This document shows, piece after piece, positions 52,251 through 62,790 of a stretch of DNA of 64,000 nt. Each line of letters opens with the position of its first letter. Positions within the stretch are counted from its first letter, which is position 1. A program made the position numbers and the translations under genes. The notes below the pieces were generated by a model. The model was given only the letters and a program-made list of their open reading frames with translations. It was not told where the DNA came from and did not search any database. The stretch spans positions 17,077-81,076 of the forward strand of contig JBBILZ010000004.1 in the NCBI GenBank assembly GCA_037444665.1. The letters run 5' to 3'. This DNA is from a candidate division WOR-3 bacterium. GTDB lineage: Bacteria > Hydrothermota > Tepidihabitantia > SM23-42 > JAOAFX01.

Positions 52251-53582
52251 CTATGGTTTATGACAAATTATTACACTTTCTCCCCTTATTGCTCTATTAC
52301 GAGCACCTAATAGTGGATTAAATATTAATTTTTTAAATTTAAATCCAACTTCCTCACAGAATTTTTTAGTTGTCATAGTTGTTGGAATTTTCTTACCGTT
52401 AACTGTGCTATCTCCAATTATTATTGCTAACTTACCACCGGGTTTTAATGCCCAGAAAATATTTTTTATGGATTCCTTTAAATCCTCATAATACATAGCA
52501 ACTTTGGGCGGTAATCCGCTGTGGTTACTTTTTACCTTTCTATCATTTTTCATCCCCAAATATTTTGATTCAATTTTTTTCATATCTGTACCGAGATAAT
52601 CATAGGCAATTTTATCTTTTCCAACATAATCTATGGAAAAATAATAAGGCGGACTTGTAATACAGGCATCAAATTTTTCTTTCATCCCAGTCATATTTTT
52701 CAGTTCAAGTATGTCTCCTTCTATAATGTGAGCAGGTTTAAATTCAAGTCCATATTTATCTTTTATCTCCATTGTCTTTTTATAGCAGTTTTTAATATAA
52801 TTTAATTTTTCAATAAAAAGCCCCTCCTTACCTTTTCTGTTATATCTTGAAGTCCTTACAAAAGCATCAACCGTATCGAAATATACTGCCAACATTAATT
52901 TATGTATCACTGAATCAGGATGTTGCCATTTTTTATTTTCTATTGCTTCTAAAATATCTTGTAATTCCTTCGAGGTAAAACTTAATTTTTTTTCATCAAT
53001 AAAAAGTAAATCGTTTTTCAACTCAGATAAAACGATTCCCATCGGAGTAACATCTATGCCAACACTTTTAATTCCCATAAGTGAAGCCTCATGCGTGGCA
53101 GTTCCAGAACCATTAAAAGGATCGAGAAGTAGTGAATTATGATTTAATCTAAAAGCATTAATTAAAGTTCTTACAACTCTTGGATAAAATTTTCCTTTAT
53201 ATGGATAAAGATTATGGAAAGCGTAGGCGTTAGTGTCGCCAAACTTATCCACAAAATCAGTATAAAGTGTTGTTTTTCCTCTAACTTTTTCAAGATGGGC
53301 AACTCGTAACCTTATAAATTCTTCATTACCTTTAAGGTTAACTACTCTATTAACAGGGTCAATTGTATATTCATCCGTTAATCCTTGTAACTCCAAATCC
53401 AAAAACTCTAAATCTGCCAATGTTTGCATCCAAAAGCCAAATATGGTATCTCCTTTAGGAAGAATATAATTTGCAAATTCCTTAGCATAAGCCTCCATTA
53501 TCTCTTCGTAAGATGGAAATTCGTATGTACCAAACATCGTTGTTTGTTTTGTCTGTTTTTGTGGCAAGATTTTTTCAGCCAT
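52251..53582 (-). CDS. DNA amino-methyltransferase (probably N4-cytosine)
   Basis: HNLYPYKGKF, DPFNGSGT, TSPPY, LKPGG. Confidence 0.88.
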   Translation of the reverse strand: MAEKILPQKQTKQTTMFGTYEFPSYEEIMEAYAKEFANYILPKGDTIFGFWMQTLADLEFLDLELQGLTDEYTIDPVNRVVNLKGNEEFIRLRVAHLEKVRGKTTLYTDFVDKFGDTNAYAFHNLYPYKGKFYPRVVRTLINAFRLNHNSLLLDPFNGSGTATHEASLMGIKSVGIDVTPMGIVLSELKNDLLFIDEKKLSFTSKELQDILEAIENKKWQHPDSVIHKLMLAVYFDTVDAFVRTSRYNRKGKEGLFIEKLNYIKNCYKKTMEIKDKYGLEFKPAHIIEGDILELKNMTGMKEKFDACITSPPYYFSIDYVGKDKIAYDYLGTDMKKIESKYLGMKNDRKVKSNHSGLPPKVAMYYEDLKESIKNIFWALKPGGKLAIIIGDSTVNGKKIPTTMTTKKFCEEVGFKFKKLIFNPLLGARNRAIRGESVIICHKP

Positions 53583-53693
53583 ATTCCTTTATCTCCTTTA
53601 TATCCGAAGTTGATTACGGATATACATCCTTCTGGCTGAAGTGCCAGATTCTATTCTGTTTTGAATCTCTTTTATCCATTACCGCTCCCCGAG

Positions 53694-53759
53694 TCTTTTC
53701 CAATTCTTATCCCCTTCCTAACCTGCACTACCTCAAACATAATTTTATTATATCAACAA
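53694..53759. repeat. 66-bp exact direct repeat with promoter, copy 2
   Basis: Minus-strand TTGACT-16-TATAAT overlaps its end. Confidence 0.9.
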
Positions 53760-53802
53760 ACTAAAAAAAGTCAAGCATCACAGGGGTAGGGCGTTATGAA
53801 AT

Positions 53803-55305
53803 CTATGTCTTTCTCAACATTGATTGCCTTGAGGCAAGTTTCCAGGGGTTCATCCCTGACTGTATCTTGTCTGATGATTTTGCTACAACCTTTTTTTCCT
53901 GCAGAATCTGGCTAATGATTGCTGCGGCTGCGGCAATCTCATAGTTCTCTTTTTTATATTCTATTTTACCCAGAATTCTATCAATAAATGTTGTATCATA
54001 ATCACCCGCAATAAAATTCTGATTATCCATTACCATCTTATGGAATGGGATGGATGTCTTTATACCCCTTATCACATATTCTTTTAACGCCCGTCTCATT
54101 CTTTCAATTGCTTCTTTCCTTGTCGGCGCCCAGACCAGTAACTTGGCAATCAATGGATCGTAGTAAATTGGCACTTCAAATCCGCGGTATACGCCACTAT
54201 CCAGTCGCACGCCAATTCCACCAGGTTCAATGAGTTCGGTTATCACACCCATTGAAGGGGCAAAATTATTCTCCGGCTCTTCAGCAGTTATACGACATTC
54301 AATTGCTGAGCCATTGATCTTAATATCCTCCTGCCTTAATGACAATTTTTCACCTGAAGCAATCTTAAACTGCTCTTTGACAATATCAATGCCAGTGATA
54401 AGTTCTGTCACTGGATGTTCAACCTGCAACCGGGTATTCATCTCCAGAAAATAAAAATTGCGCTCTTTATCAACCATAAATTCAACAGTTCCGGCATTAT
54501 TATAACCAGACACCTGCACTGCCTTTTTTGCTGCCTCACCCATCCTTTCTCTTAATTCCGGAGTCATAATTGCTGAAGGTGATTCTTCAATAAGTTTTTG
54601 ATGACGTCGCTGGATTGAGCATTCCCTTTCGCCGAGATGAACAACATTACCATAATTATCCGCAAGGATCTGAAATTCTATATGCCTGGGCTGGTCAAGA
54701 AACTTCTCTATAAAAATCGTGGGATTACCGAATGCGGATTGTGCCTCACCCATTGCCTGTTTTATCGCTGTTCCCAATTCTTTCTTATCCCTTACGACCC
54801 GCATTCCCTTACCACCGCCACCGCCTGCTGCCTTAATCAATACAGGCAGACCAATCTTCTCAATTATCTTCAGTGCCTCTTCTTCGTTTTTAACTGCACC
54901 TTCGCTTCCAGGAATTACTGGCACACCTGCCTTCACCATCGTTCTCTTTGAGGCAATCTTATCACCTAATAGATTGATCGCCTTTGAATTTGGACCGATA
55001 AAAATAATTCCATTATCTTCGCATGCCTTTGCAAAAAACTCATTCTCTGCGAGAAATCCATAACCAGGATGGATTGCCTCTGCCCCGCTCTTTTTTGCAA
55101 TCTCAATTATCTTTTCTATTTTCAAATAACTCTCTGTGGCAGGTGGAGGTCCGAGATAATATACCTCATCGGCATAACGGGTATGAAGAGCAGTTCTGTC
55201 CGCATCAGAATAGACCGTGACTGCCTTTATACCCATTTCTTTGCAGGCGCGGATTACCCGCACTGCAATTTCACCACGGTTGGCAATTACAATTTTTTTG
55301 AACAT
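53803..55305 (-). CDS. accC: Biotin carboxylase
   Basis: ANRGEIA, HPGYGFLAEN, GGGGKG, RECSIQRRHQK, EMNTRLQVEH. Confidence 0.95.
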   Translation of the reverse strand: MFKKIVIANRGEIAVRVIRACKEMGIKAVTVYSDADRTALHTRYADEVYYLGPPPATESYLKIEKIIEIAKKSGAEAIHPGYGFLAENEFFAKACEDNGIIFIGPNSKAINLLGDKIASKRTMVKAGVPVIPGSEGAVKNEEEALKIIEKIGLPVLIKAAGGGGGKGMRVVRDKKELGTAIKQAMGEAQSAFGNPTIFIEKFLDQPRHIEFQILADNYGNVVHLGERECSIQRRHQKLIEESPSAIMTPELRERMGEAAKKAVQVSGYNNAGTVEFMVDKERNFYFLEMNTRLQVEHPVTELITGIDIVKEQFKIASGEKLSLRQEDIKINGSAIECRITAEEPENNFAPSMGVITELIEPGGIGVRLDSGVYRGFEVPIYYDPLIAKLLVWAPTRKEAIERMRRALKEYVIRGIKTSIPFHKMVMDNQNFIAGDYDTTFIDRILGKIEYKKENYEIAAAAAIISQILQEKKVVAKSSDKIQSGMNPWKLASRQSMLRKT

Positions 55306-55742
55306 CTGCGCCTCTTTATTTCTAAAAGAACCTTTAAATCTTCTCTGTCTTTAGGTCTTCTTACTGCCTTTTTCATTTTGATCAGGTCATCAAGACTGGC
55401 AAAAAATACTTCAACTTTTCCGATTTTATCAACAACCTTATTTCTCCATACCTCATCAAATCTAACGCCGGCAACAAATGGATGGATATCAATTTCAATC
55501 AAATACTGTCTAATAAGAATCTTTTTTGTAAGAAGGTCACCAATGGTAATATCTGAAACATCATAACCAAATTTTTTAAGCGCAGTTAAACAGCGTCTGG
55601 CATTCGTTTTATTCGGCGCAATGAAAATATCGGTATCCATTGTCGCCCTTGAATAACCATGTACAGGAAATGCAGTCGCACCAATAATTACAAACCGAAC
55701 CCTATTTTCTCTTAATAATCTCAAAAGGTTTTCTATGTCCAT
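55287..55742 (-). CDS. Nucleotidyltransferase (DUF6036-like)
   Basis: IIGA.A..HG..RAT.D.D; MK.A..RPKD..DL. Confidence 0.8.
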   Translation of the reverse strand: MDIENLLRLLRENRVRFVIIGATAFPVHGYSRATMDTDIFIAPNKTNARRCLTALKKFGYDVSDITIGDLLTKKILIRQYLIEIDIHPFVAGVRFDEVWRNKVVDKIGKVEVFFASLDDLIKMKKAVRRPKDREDLKVLLEIKRRRCSKKL

Positions 55743-55890
55743 TTTTCAACAATATCTCCTTAATCATATTTGATTTCTCAAACATCATTTTGAATCGTTC
55801 CTGGGTTGTAAGCGATAATTGATAGTCCAGTTCAAAGTTCAATTCTTTTTTACAATTATGCTGCTTCAGTTTCAGGATTTTACGATTCAT
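55702..55890 (-). CDS. Small partner protein of the NTase
   Basis: ELDYQLSLT.QERF; overlaps the NTase; TATAAT at 55903-55908. Confidence 0.55.
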   Translation of the reverse strand: MNRKILKLKQHNCKKELNFELDYQLSLTTQERFKMMFEKSNMIKEILLKNGHRKPFEIIKRK

Positions 55891-55914
55891 ACTTTGAGCA
55901 CCATTATATTGGTT

Positions 55915-57462
55915 TTATAGCGGTATATTTCCATGTTTTCTCGGTGGGTTTGTATCACGCTTTGTATCAATCATTTCAAATGCTTCAATCACCCTTGGTC
56001 TTGTCTCGCATGGTCGGATGATTGCATCAATATAACCCTTTGATGCGGTTACAAAAGGATTGGCAAATTTATCAGTATACTCATCAATCAATTTCTTTTC
56101 CAGTGTCTTTGGGTCTTTTGCCTCTTTAATCTCTTTTCTGTATAGAATCTTTACTGCGCCATCAGGACCCATCACGGCGATCTCGGCACTGGGCCAGGCA
56201 AAATTTATATCTGCCCTGGTATGCTTTGAACTCATAACACAATAAGCACCACCATAAGCCTTTCTTGTTATTACCGTCACCCTGGGAACTGTTGCCTCAC
56301 AGAAGGCATACAGCAATTTTGCCCCATTCTTTATAACACCTCCCCATTCCTGGGCAGTGCCGGGCAAAAATCCAGGGACATCAACAAAAGTAAGAATGGG
56401 AATGTTGAAACAATCACAAAATCTCACAAATCGCGCACCCTTCATAGCCGAATCACAATCAAGGACGCCCGCAAGCACAGCTGGCTGATTTGCAACAACA
56501 CCGATTGACCTACCATTCAATCGGGCAAAACCAACAATCAAATTCTTTGCATAATGTTGATGGACTTCAAGAAACTCACCATTGTCAACCACCCGTTTTA
56601 TAATTTCATACATATCATAAGGTTTAATTGGACTGTCCGGAATAATTGTATCAAGTTCCTTGTCCATTCGGTTGATATCATCTGTGCATTCGATTATAGG
56701 CGGGTCTTCAAGATTATTCTGGGGAATATATGAAAGTAATTTTTTTATTAACTCAATGCAATCAACTTCATTCTCAACGGCAAAATGGGCAACACCTGAC
56801 TTTTCATTATGAACCATTGCCCCACCGAGTTGTTCAAATGTCACATCCTCATGGGTTGCTGCCTTTACTACATCGGGTCCAGTTAGAAACATATATGAGC
56901 CCATTACCATTATGACAAAATCGGTCATTGCTGGAGAATAGACTGCACCGCCAGCGCAGGGACCCATTATTGCTGAAATCTGGGGAATGACACCTGAGGA
57001 AAGCACATTGCGTAAAAAGACATCTGTATAGCCAGCAAGACTATCTACCCCTTCCTGGATTCTGGCACCACCAGAATCCTTAAGTCCGATGATGGGACAA
57101 CCCATTTTCATTGCCAGGTCCTGCAATTTACAAATCTTTTCTGCATAAGCTTTGGAGAGAGAACCACCAAAGACTGTAAAATCCTCAGAAAATACACAAA
57201 CCGCTCTACCATTTATTCTTCCATAACCTGTTACCACACCGTCACCAAGTATCTTTTGTTTATCCATATCAAAGTCAGTGCAACGGTGTGTCACAAACAT
57301 ATCTGTTTCGCGAAATGTGCCTTTATCAAGGAGCAAATCTATTCTTTCCCTTGCGGTCAGTCTTCCTTTGTCGTGCTGAGCCTTTATTCTTGCCTCTCCT
57401 CCTCCAAGCAATGCCTGTTTTTCAAGTTCTTCAAGATGCTTCAGCTTGTCTTTAATCTTCAT
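55915..57462 (-). CDS. pccB: Propionyl-CoA carboxylase beta / methylmalonyl-CoA decarboxylase alpha carboxyltransferase
   Basis: [33 protein letters not shown]. Confidence 0.85.
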   Translation of the reverse strand: MKIKDKLKHLEELEKQALLGGGEARIKAQHDKGRLTARERIDLLLDKGTFRETDMFVTHRCTDFDMDKQKILGDGVVTGYGRINGRAVCVFSEDFTVFGGSLSKAYAEKICKLQDLAMKMGCPIIGLKDSGGARIQEGVDSLAGYTDVFLRNVLSSGVIPQISAIMGPCAGGAVYSPAMTDFVIMVMGSYMFLTGPDVVKAATHEDVTFEQLGGAMVHNEKSGVAHFAVENEVDCIELIKKLLSYIPQNNLEDPPIIECTDDINRMDKELDTIIPDSPIKPYDMYEIIKRVVDNGEFLEVHQHYAKNLIVGFARLNGRSIGVVANQPAVLAGVLDCDSAMKGARFVRFCDCFNIPILTFVDVPGFLPGTAQEWGGVIKNGAKLLYAFCEATVPRVTVITRKAYGGAYCVMSSKHTRADINFAWPSAEIAVMGPDGAVKILYRKEIKEAKDPKTLEKKLIDEYTDKFANPFVTASKGYIDAIIRPCETRPRVIEAFEMIDTKRDTNPPRKHGNIPL

Positions 57463-57524
57463 CGGTTTCCTCCATTATTTTTTGATAAATTAAAACCGCC
57501 ACATTTGTGTGATAAATCACACCG

Positions 57525-58382
57525 CTACTTGGAATTTTCATTTTCGCATGGTTTTAATATTTGTCGACCATTTTCTTCCACGAGATGTGCAAAAATCACT
57601 TTTGGGTCGTGCTCAAAGATCAAGAGCCAGTTCTCTGTAATCGCCGGCTTTAAAAGTTTCTTTTTTAATTCTATCAATTCAAGAGGATAAAGGTCAAAAC
57701 TCGTCAGATAAGGAATCCTGATATGGGCAGATGTGGGCATAAAATCGCCCCAGTAGACTGCCTTTTTACCTTTTGACTCAATTATGACTGACTGGTGACC
57801 TTTTGTATGACCAATTGTATTAATGACCTTAACACCAGGAATTATTTCATATTCTCCTTTAATCAGTATCAACTGTCCCGAGCTTTCTAATGGCAAAAAA
57901 TTTTCTTTTAAATAACTTGCACGGGTGCGTTCATTGGTGTGTGTTGCGTCATACCATTCCTGTTCCTGGATGATATACTTTGCATTGGGAAAGCTGGGAA
58001 TGATTTTATTACCAACAAATTTTGTATTTCCACCGCAATGGTCAAAGTGGAGATGTGTATTTATGACAAAATCTATATCTTCTAATTTCAGTTTAAGCTG
58101 TGCCAGGCCGCTATCCAGGTCTGGCGGCTGTTTAACCGAATATATCTCGCGGAATTTTTCATCAAGTTTCTTTCCAATACCAGTATCAACAAGTATATTT
58201 GCCTCAGGCGTCTTTATCAACAGGCAATTGAGTGGAATTTCCACACGATTCAACTCATCCGGGTTATATATTTTTTCCCATAATACTTTTGGCACAACTC
58301 CGAACATTGTGCCACCATCCAGTAGAAAAGAACCATCAGATACAGCAATCAAATCAAATGCACCGAATTTCACACTCATCAA
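57525..58382 (-). CDS. MBL-fold hydrolase (YtnP-like)
   Basis: LDGG.MFGVVPK.LW, THLHFDHCGG, GHT.GHQ. Confidence 0.9.
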   Translation of the reverse strand: MMSVKFGAFDLIAVSDGSFLLDGGTMFGVVPKVLWEKIYNPDELNRVEIPLNCLLIKTPEANILVDTGIGKKLDEKFREIYSVKQPPDLDSGLAQLKLKLEDIDFVINTHLHFDHCGGNTKFVGNKIIPSFPNAKYIIQEQEWYDATHTNERTRASYLKENFLPLESSGQLILIKGEYEIIPGVKVINTIGHTKGHQSVIIESKGKKAVYWGDFMPTSAHIRIPYLTSFDLYPLELIELKKKLLKPAITENWLLIFEHDPKVIFAHLVEENGRQILKPCENENSK

Positions 58383-58594
58383 TCCTTTTTATCAACCACT
58401 GCTAATTTGTTTTTGATTGGCGCTAAAAACTGTTCCATAGTAATATAAGGATTGACCTTCATCAGTTTCTGTAATATTAAATTTCTTTCCTCATCGGTCT
58501 TTGCATTAAGATATTTAACACGAAGGCGATCTGTTGCCTCATTCCTTTTTTTTCTTTTGTGTATTTCTGATTTTCTGATCTGTCCTTTTCTCAT
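58379..58594 (-). CDS. Small basic protein (DUF6800-like)
   Basis: R.SEI..R.KR...K..K.NP; GGAGG SD. Confidence 0.55.
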   Translation of the reverse strand: MRKGQIRKSEIHKRKKRNEATDRLRVKYLNAKTDEERNLILQKLMKVNPYITMEQFLAPIKNKLAVVDKKD

Positions 58595-58640
58595 ATAACC
58601 TCCTGTGAAAAAATTATAGGATATAGTATTTTCATATTAT

Positions 58641-59090
58641 CTAATTTTTTTTCTTTTTTTTGCTAATTTTCACTGGTTTTACCTGAGTTTTTTCGCCAAT
58701 ATTATTTTTTATCCAGTCAACAATCTCGCTCGTTGGTGTGCCAGGACCAAAAAGTTTTTTGACACCAGTCTTTTCAAGTTTTTTAATATCTTCAAGCGGG
58801 ATAATCCCACCACCTATGACCGGGATATTTGCTTTTTTCTCTTTTAACAATTTCATCACTTTGGGAAAGATTGTCATATGTGCGCCTGACAATATAGAAA
58901 GGCCAATCACATCAACATCCTCCTGTATTGCTGCTTCAACAATCGCTTCGCAGGTCTGGTGCAATCCCGTATAGATGACTTCCATACCTGCGTCGCGCAG
59001 TGCAGCAGCAACCACCTTTGCACCACGGTCATGGCCATCAAGACCGGGTTTACCAACAAGGACACGGATTTTTTTATCCATAAAGATCAC
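58641..59090 (-). CDS. B12-binding small subunit of acyl-CoA mutase
   Basis: GLDGHDRG (DxHxxG), SILSGAH, GGGIIP. Confidence 0.95.
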   Translation of the reverse strand: MIFMDKKIRVLVGKPGLDGHDRGAKVVAAALRDAGMEVIYTGLHQTCEAIVEAAIQEDVDVIGLSILSGAHMTIFPKVMKLLKEKKANIPVIGGGIIPLEDIKKLEKTGVKKLFGPGTPTSEIVDWIKNNIGEKTQVKPVKISKKKKKN

Positions 59091-59117
59091 CTCCCTAAGT
59101 CATTAGTAAAGGTTGTA

Positions 59118-59229
59118 GGGCATGGCAGCCAGTATGGTTCTACGGCATAGTTTTATGGCTAAAAATTCCAAAAAACTATCAACTAAAACACCAAACCGGC
59201 GGCTATGCCATATAACCATAAACAATGCC
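59118..59229. repeat. Spacer inverted-repeat element, copy D (empty)
   Basis: GGGCATGGCAGCCAGTATGGT...ACCAAACCGGCGGCTATGCC. Confidence 0.8.
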
Positions 59230-59230
59230 T

Positions 59231-60871
59231 TTAGAATATAATCGGTTCACGATATACTCCAAATTCCTCCTTTAATGTAGAACACATTTCACCGAGCGTA
59301 GCATAAGCACGGACGCATTCAAGGATAAAGGGCATTAAGTTTTCACCGCTTGCGGCTGCCTTTCGTAAATCCTTCAGTTTTTCTTTCACCTTTGCGTTAT
59401 TTCTTTCTTTCTTTACTTTTTTCAGATGCTTAATCTGTTCAATCTCCACCTCAGGTGGAATCTTCAGAATTTCAATTTCGGGTTTCTCTTCTTCCTCAAA
59501 AACATTTATTCCCACATGATACTTTTCTTTTCTTTCCAGTGCCTTTTGATACTCATAAGCACTGCGTGCAATCTCTTTCTGGAAGAATCCTTTTTCAATT
59601 GCTGGCAAGACTCCACCCAGGGTGTTTATCTTTTCAAAATATTCGTAAGCCCTCTTTTCCATTTCATTTGTGAGATATTCAACATAATACGAACCTCCAA
59701 GCGGGTCAATAACATTTGCTACACCTGTCTCATAGGCAATTAACTGCTGGGTTCTTAAGGCAATCTTCACTGCCTTTTCTGTGGGCAATGCATAAGTTTC
59801 ATCCATTGAATTTGTATGGAGTGATTGTGTGCCACCAAGTACTGCTGATAATGCCTCAAAAGCGGTTCTAATTATATTATTTTCGGGTTGCTGTGCAGTC
59901 AATGTGCAACCCGCAGTCTGGGTATGGAACCGCATCAACCAGGAACGAGGGTCTTTTGCTCCATATTTTTCTTTCATTTCACGTGCCCATATTCTCCTTG
60001 CCGCGCGATATTTGGCAATCTCTTCAAAGAAATCAAGATGGGCATTGAAAAAGAAGGAAAGCCTTGGGGCAAATTTATCAACGGGCATACCTGCTTTGAT
60101 CCCATATTCAACATAGGTAAAGCCATTTGCCAGGGTAAAGGCAAGCTCCTGCACCGCAGTAGAACCAGCCTCTCTAATGTGGTACCCGGAGATGGAGATG
60201 GTATTCCATTTTGGAACATACTCAGAGCAATAAGCCATTATATCAGTTATTATGCGCATTGATGGCTCAGGTGGATAGATCCAGGTCTTTTGTGCCTGAT
60301 ACTCTTTTAACATATCATTTTGAATTGTACCGGTGAGCAGATTAGCCGGCACTCCTTGTTTTTCTCCCACTACAATATACATTGCCAGAAGCATTGCAGC
60401 GGGTGGATTTATGGTCATTGAAGTAGAGATCTTATCAAGTGGTATACCATCAAACAAAATCTCCATATCACGCAGGGTATCAATTGCAACACCACATTTT
60501 CCCACCTCACCATGCGAAAATGGGTCATCAGAATCCCTGCCATAAAGTGTAGGAAAATGAAATGCCACAGACAGACCAGTCTGCCCGTGTTTTAACAAAT
60601 ATTTGTAGCGTTTATTAGTATCCTTTGGCGTGCCAAACCCTGAAAATTGGCGCATTGTCCAGAGCCGACCCCGATACATCGTGGTCTGAACACCTCTGGT
60701 AAAAGGATATTCACCAGGAAAACCGAGGTCGCGCTCGTAGTCAAAATCCTTAAGGTCAGAAGGACAATAAAGGGGCTTGACCGGTATACCTGAAATAGTA
60801 GTAAATTTATGTTCCCTTTCTTTACAGGTTCTGTATTTTTCTTCCCAGGATTGCTTCTGCTGGTTAGCCAT
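59231..60871 (-). CDS. Acyl-CoA mutase large subunit, isobutyryl-CoA mutase-type signature
   Basis: [20 protein letters not shown] (Phe/Gln); start after GGAGG. Confidence 0.82.
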   Translation of the reverse strand: MANQQKQSWEEKYRTCKEREHKFTTISGIPVKPLYCPSDLKDFDYERDLGFPGEYPFTRGVQTTMYRGRLWTMRQFSGFGTPKDTNKRYKYLLKHGQTGLSVAFHFPTLYGRDSDDPFSHGEVGKCGVAIDTLRDMEILFDGIPLDKISTSMTINPPAAMLLAMYIVVGEKQGVPANLLTGTIQNDMLKEYQAQKTWIYPPEPSMRIITDIMAYCSEYVPKWNTISISGYHIREAGSTAVQELAFTLANGFTYVEYGIKAGMPVDKFAPRLSFFFNAHLDFFEEIAKYRAARRIWAREMKEKYGAKDPRSWLMRFHTQTAGCTLTAQQPENNIIRTAFEALSAVLGGTQSLHTNSMDETYALPTEKAVKIALRTQQLIAYETGVANVIDPLGGSYYVEYLTNEMEKRAYEYFEKINTLGGVLPAIEKGFFQKEIARSAYEYQKALERKEKYHVGINVFEEEEKPEIEILKIPPEVEIEQIKHLKKVKKERNNAKVKEKLKDLRKAAASGENLMPFILECVRAYATLGEMCSTLKEEFGVYREPIIF

Positions 60872-61877
60872 CACACCTCCTTTCACCCCCTTTTTTCCCT
60901 TTTTCCTTAAAAGATGATAAAAGTAGGGGTCCTTTACTTTTCCTATGATTAAAGACATCCTTCGTTATTTTTTCTACAATATGATAAGGATTCTCTTTTC
61001 GCAGATAGACCTTTTCAACAAGATGAGCAAATTCTTTACCTTCAATCACATTTTTAATAATATGGTTCTTTATTTTTTCTTCAATTAACTCATGAATCTG
61101 ATTGAGGATTCTTTTTTTTCTCAATTTTTCTAAATTTCCACTTTCTAATAAAAAATTATGATGTTCTTTTATTGTCCTAACCAGTTCGTCCACGCCCTTA
61201 TCCTCAATTGCGGTTGTCTTAAGTATGGGACACTGCCACATCAAATCTCTCGGTCTCAATTCAAAGGCAAACTTTAATTCCATCAATAATCTTTCTGCCC
61301 CTTCACGGTCAGCTTTATTGACCACCAGAATATCAGCAATCTCTAACAGTCCTGCCTTCATTGCCTGGATTGAATCTCCAGATTCAGGCACTAATACTAC
61401 AATCGTTGTATCACAAACACTGGCAATATCAAGTTCTACCTGTCCAACACCAATCGTTTCAATCAAAATATAATCCATACCCGCAGCATCAAGAATCAAC
61501 GCTACATCCTTTGTCTTCTGTGCCAGACCACCAAGGCTTCCCCGGGATGCCATACTGCGTATAAAGACATTCTTTTCAAGTGCTAAATCAGTCATTCTTA
61601 TCCGGTCACCGAGCAAGGCACCACCGGAAAATGGCGAAGTAGGGTCAACTGCGATTATACCAATTTTATATTTTTCTTCGAGTAATTTTTTCGCAATTGC
61701 ATTTACAAGTGTTGATTTGCCTGCACCAGGTGGACCAGTGATGCCAATCTGATATGCCCTGCCCGTATGGGGAAAAATTTCTCGTAGTATTTCACCACCA
61801 CTATCATTCTCCACCTGGGTAATCGCCCGTGCAATTGCGAGTTTATCGCCTTTTATGACCTCTTTAAGAAATTTCAT
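60864..61877 (-). CDS. meaB: MeaB/ArgK GTPase chaperone
   Basis: [31 protein letters not shown]. Confidence 0.93.
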   Translation of the reverse strand: MKFLKEVIKGDKLAIARAITQVENDSGGEILREIFPHTGRAYQIGITGPPGAGKSTLVNAIAKKLLEEKYKIGIIAVDPTSPFSGGALLGDRIRMTDLALEKNVFIRSMASRGSLGGLAQKTKDVALILDAAGMDYILIETIGVGQVELDIASVCDTTIVVLVPESGDSIQAMKAGLLEIADILVVNKADREGAERLLMELKFAFELRPRDLMWQCPILKTTAIEDKGVDELVRTIKEHHNFLLESGNLEKLRKKRILNQIHELIEEKIKNHIIKNVIEGKEFAHLVEKVYLRKENPYHIVEKITKDVFNHRKSKGPLLLSSFKEKGKKGGERRCDG

Positions 61878-61907
61878 AATGTTTCTTTGTCATAATTTTA
61901 ACCCCTG

Positions 61908-62396
61908 CTAATTTATCTCCTCAAATTCACCGGTCTTTTTATTCTTGCGGACATTGTTATGGGTAAAATATCTACCATTCATTGCGATGTAAACACCAGG
62001 TGGTAAGGTCTGGACAAATGCCAAGGCACAACCAAGATTGAACAGCCCATCAGAACTGCCAGAAGTATAGGGAACCATTGCTCCGGTAAGGACAATCGTC
62101 TTATTCTTAACCTTCTGGGCAAGATACTTTGCTGTTTCAGCCATTGTATCAGTGCCATGGGTGATAATAATCTTATCTTCCTTTGCCTTCAGGCAATTCT
62201 GGGCAATTATCTCTCTATCCTCATCAGTCATCTGGGTGCTATCTATCATCATCAAGGTCCTGATATCCACTGGCACGCGACACCGACCAAGTTTGAGCAT
62301 CTGGGGTATATGGGTATCCTTAAAAAACAGTTCTCCAGTTAATTCATTATATTCTTTATCAAATGTCCCACCAGTAATAAATATGCGAATCATCAT
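61908..62396 (-). CDS. Asparaginase N-terminal domain protein
   Basis: TGGT, HGTDT, TGAM, SDG.FN. Confidence 0.88.
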   Translation of the reverse strand: MMIRIFITGGTFDKEYNELTGELFFKDTHIPQMLKLGRCRVPVDIRTLMMIDSTQMTDEDREIIAQNCLKAKEDKIIITHGTDTMAETAKYLAQKVKNKTIVLTGAMVPYTSGSSDGLFNLGCALAFVQTLPPGVYIAMNGRYFTHNNVRKNKKTGEFEEIN

Positions 62397-62659
62397 AATC
62401 TATCTTCTCCTTATTTGAATTTTTTTCACATTATTTTGCAATAAATAAAAGATTCTGAAACAAGTTCAGAATGACAATATTTTGATATAATTTCATAACT
62501 CTCATATAAAAAATTTGCTTTAACCCAGGGGACTTTGTCTCTTCAATTATATTCATCAAAGGCTCTTATAATCTCATCCTTTCCTATTCTATAAAATAAA
62601 TAATTTCACAGAATAATTATATCCCAAGTCAGTTAAATGTCAAGAGACATCGGAAAATA

Positions 62660-62790
62660 GTAGCGTCCAGAATTATGTGTAAATTTTTCTTGAAAAATAA
62701 AAAAGGTGTATCCTTCCTTATGAAACATAATTATTCGGACATTAAAATCCTGGAAGGATGATACACCTATGGATAATCCATTTAATTATA
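62660..62790 (+). mobile_element. Probable IS256-family left-end remnant
   Basis: GTCCAGAATTATGTGTAAA end-like motif; hairpin AGGTGTATCCTTCC/GGAAGGATGATACACCT covering the SD; ATG at 62769 cut off by the MITE. Confidence 0.45.

Noticed and set aside
48009..53802. Terminal IRs around the cassette array (ATTTCGCATAACG / CGTTATGAAAT)
   Set aside because: Short and gapped; the left copy is already explained as an attC core; no TSD
60864..60958. Long meaB/mutase overlap
   Set aside because: Start-call artefact; the SD-supported ATG at 60871 gives an 8-nt overlap
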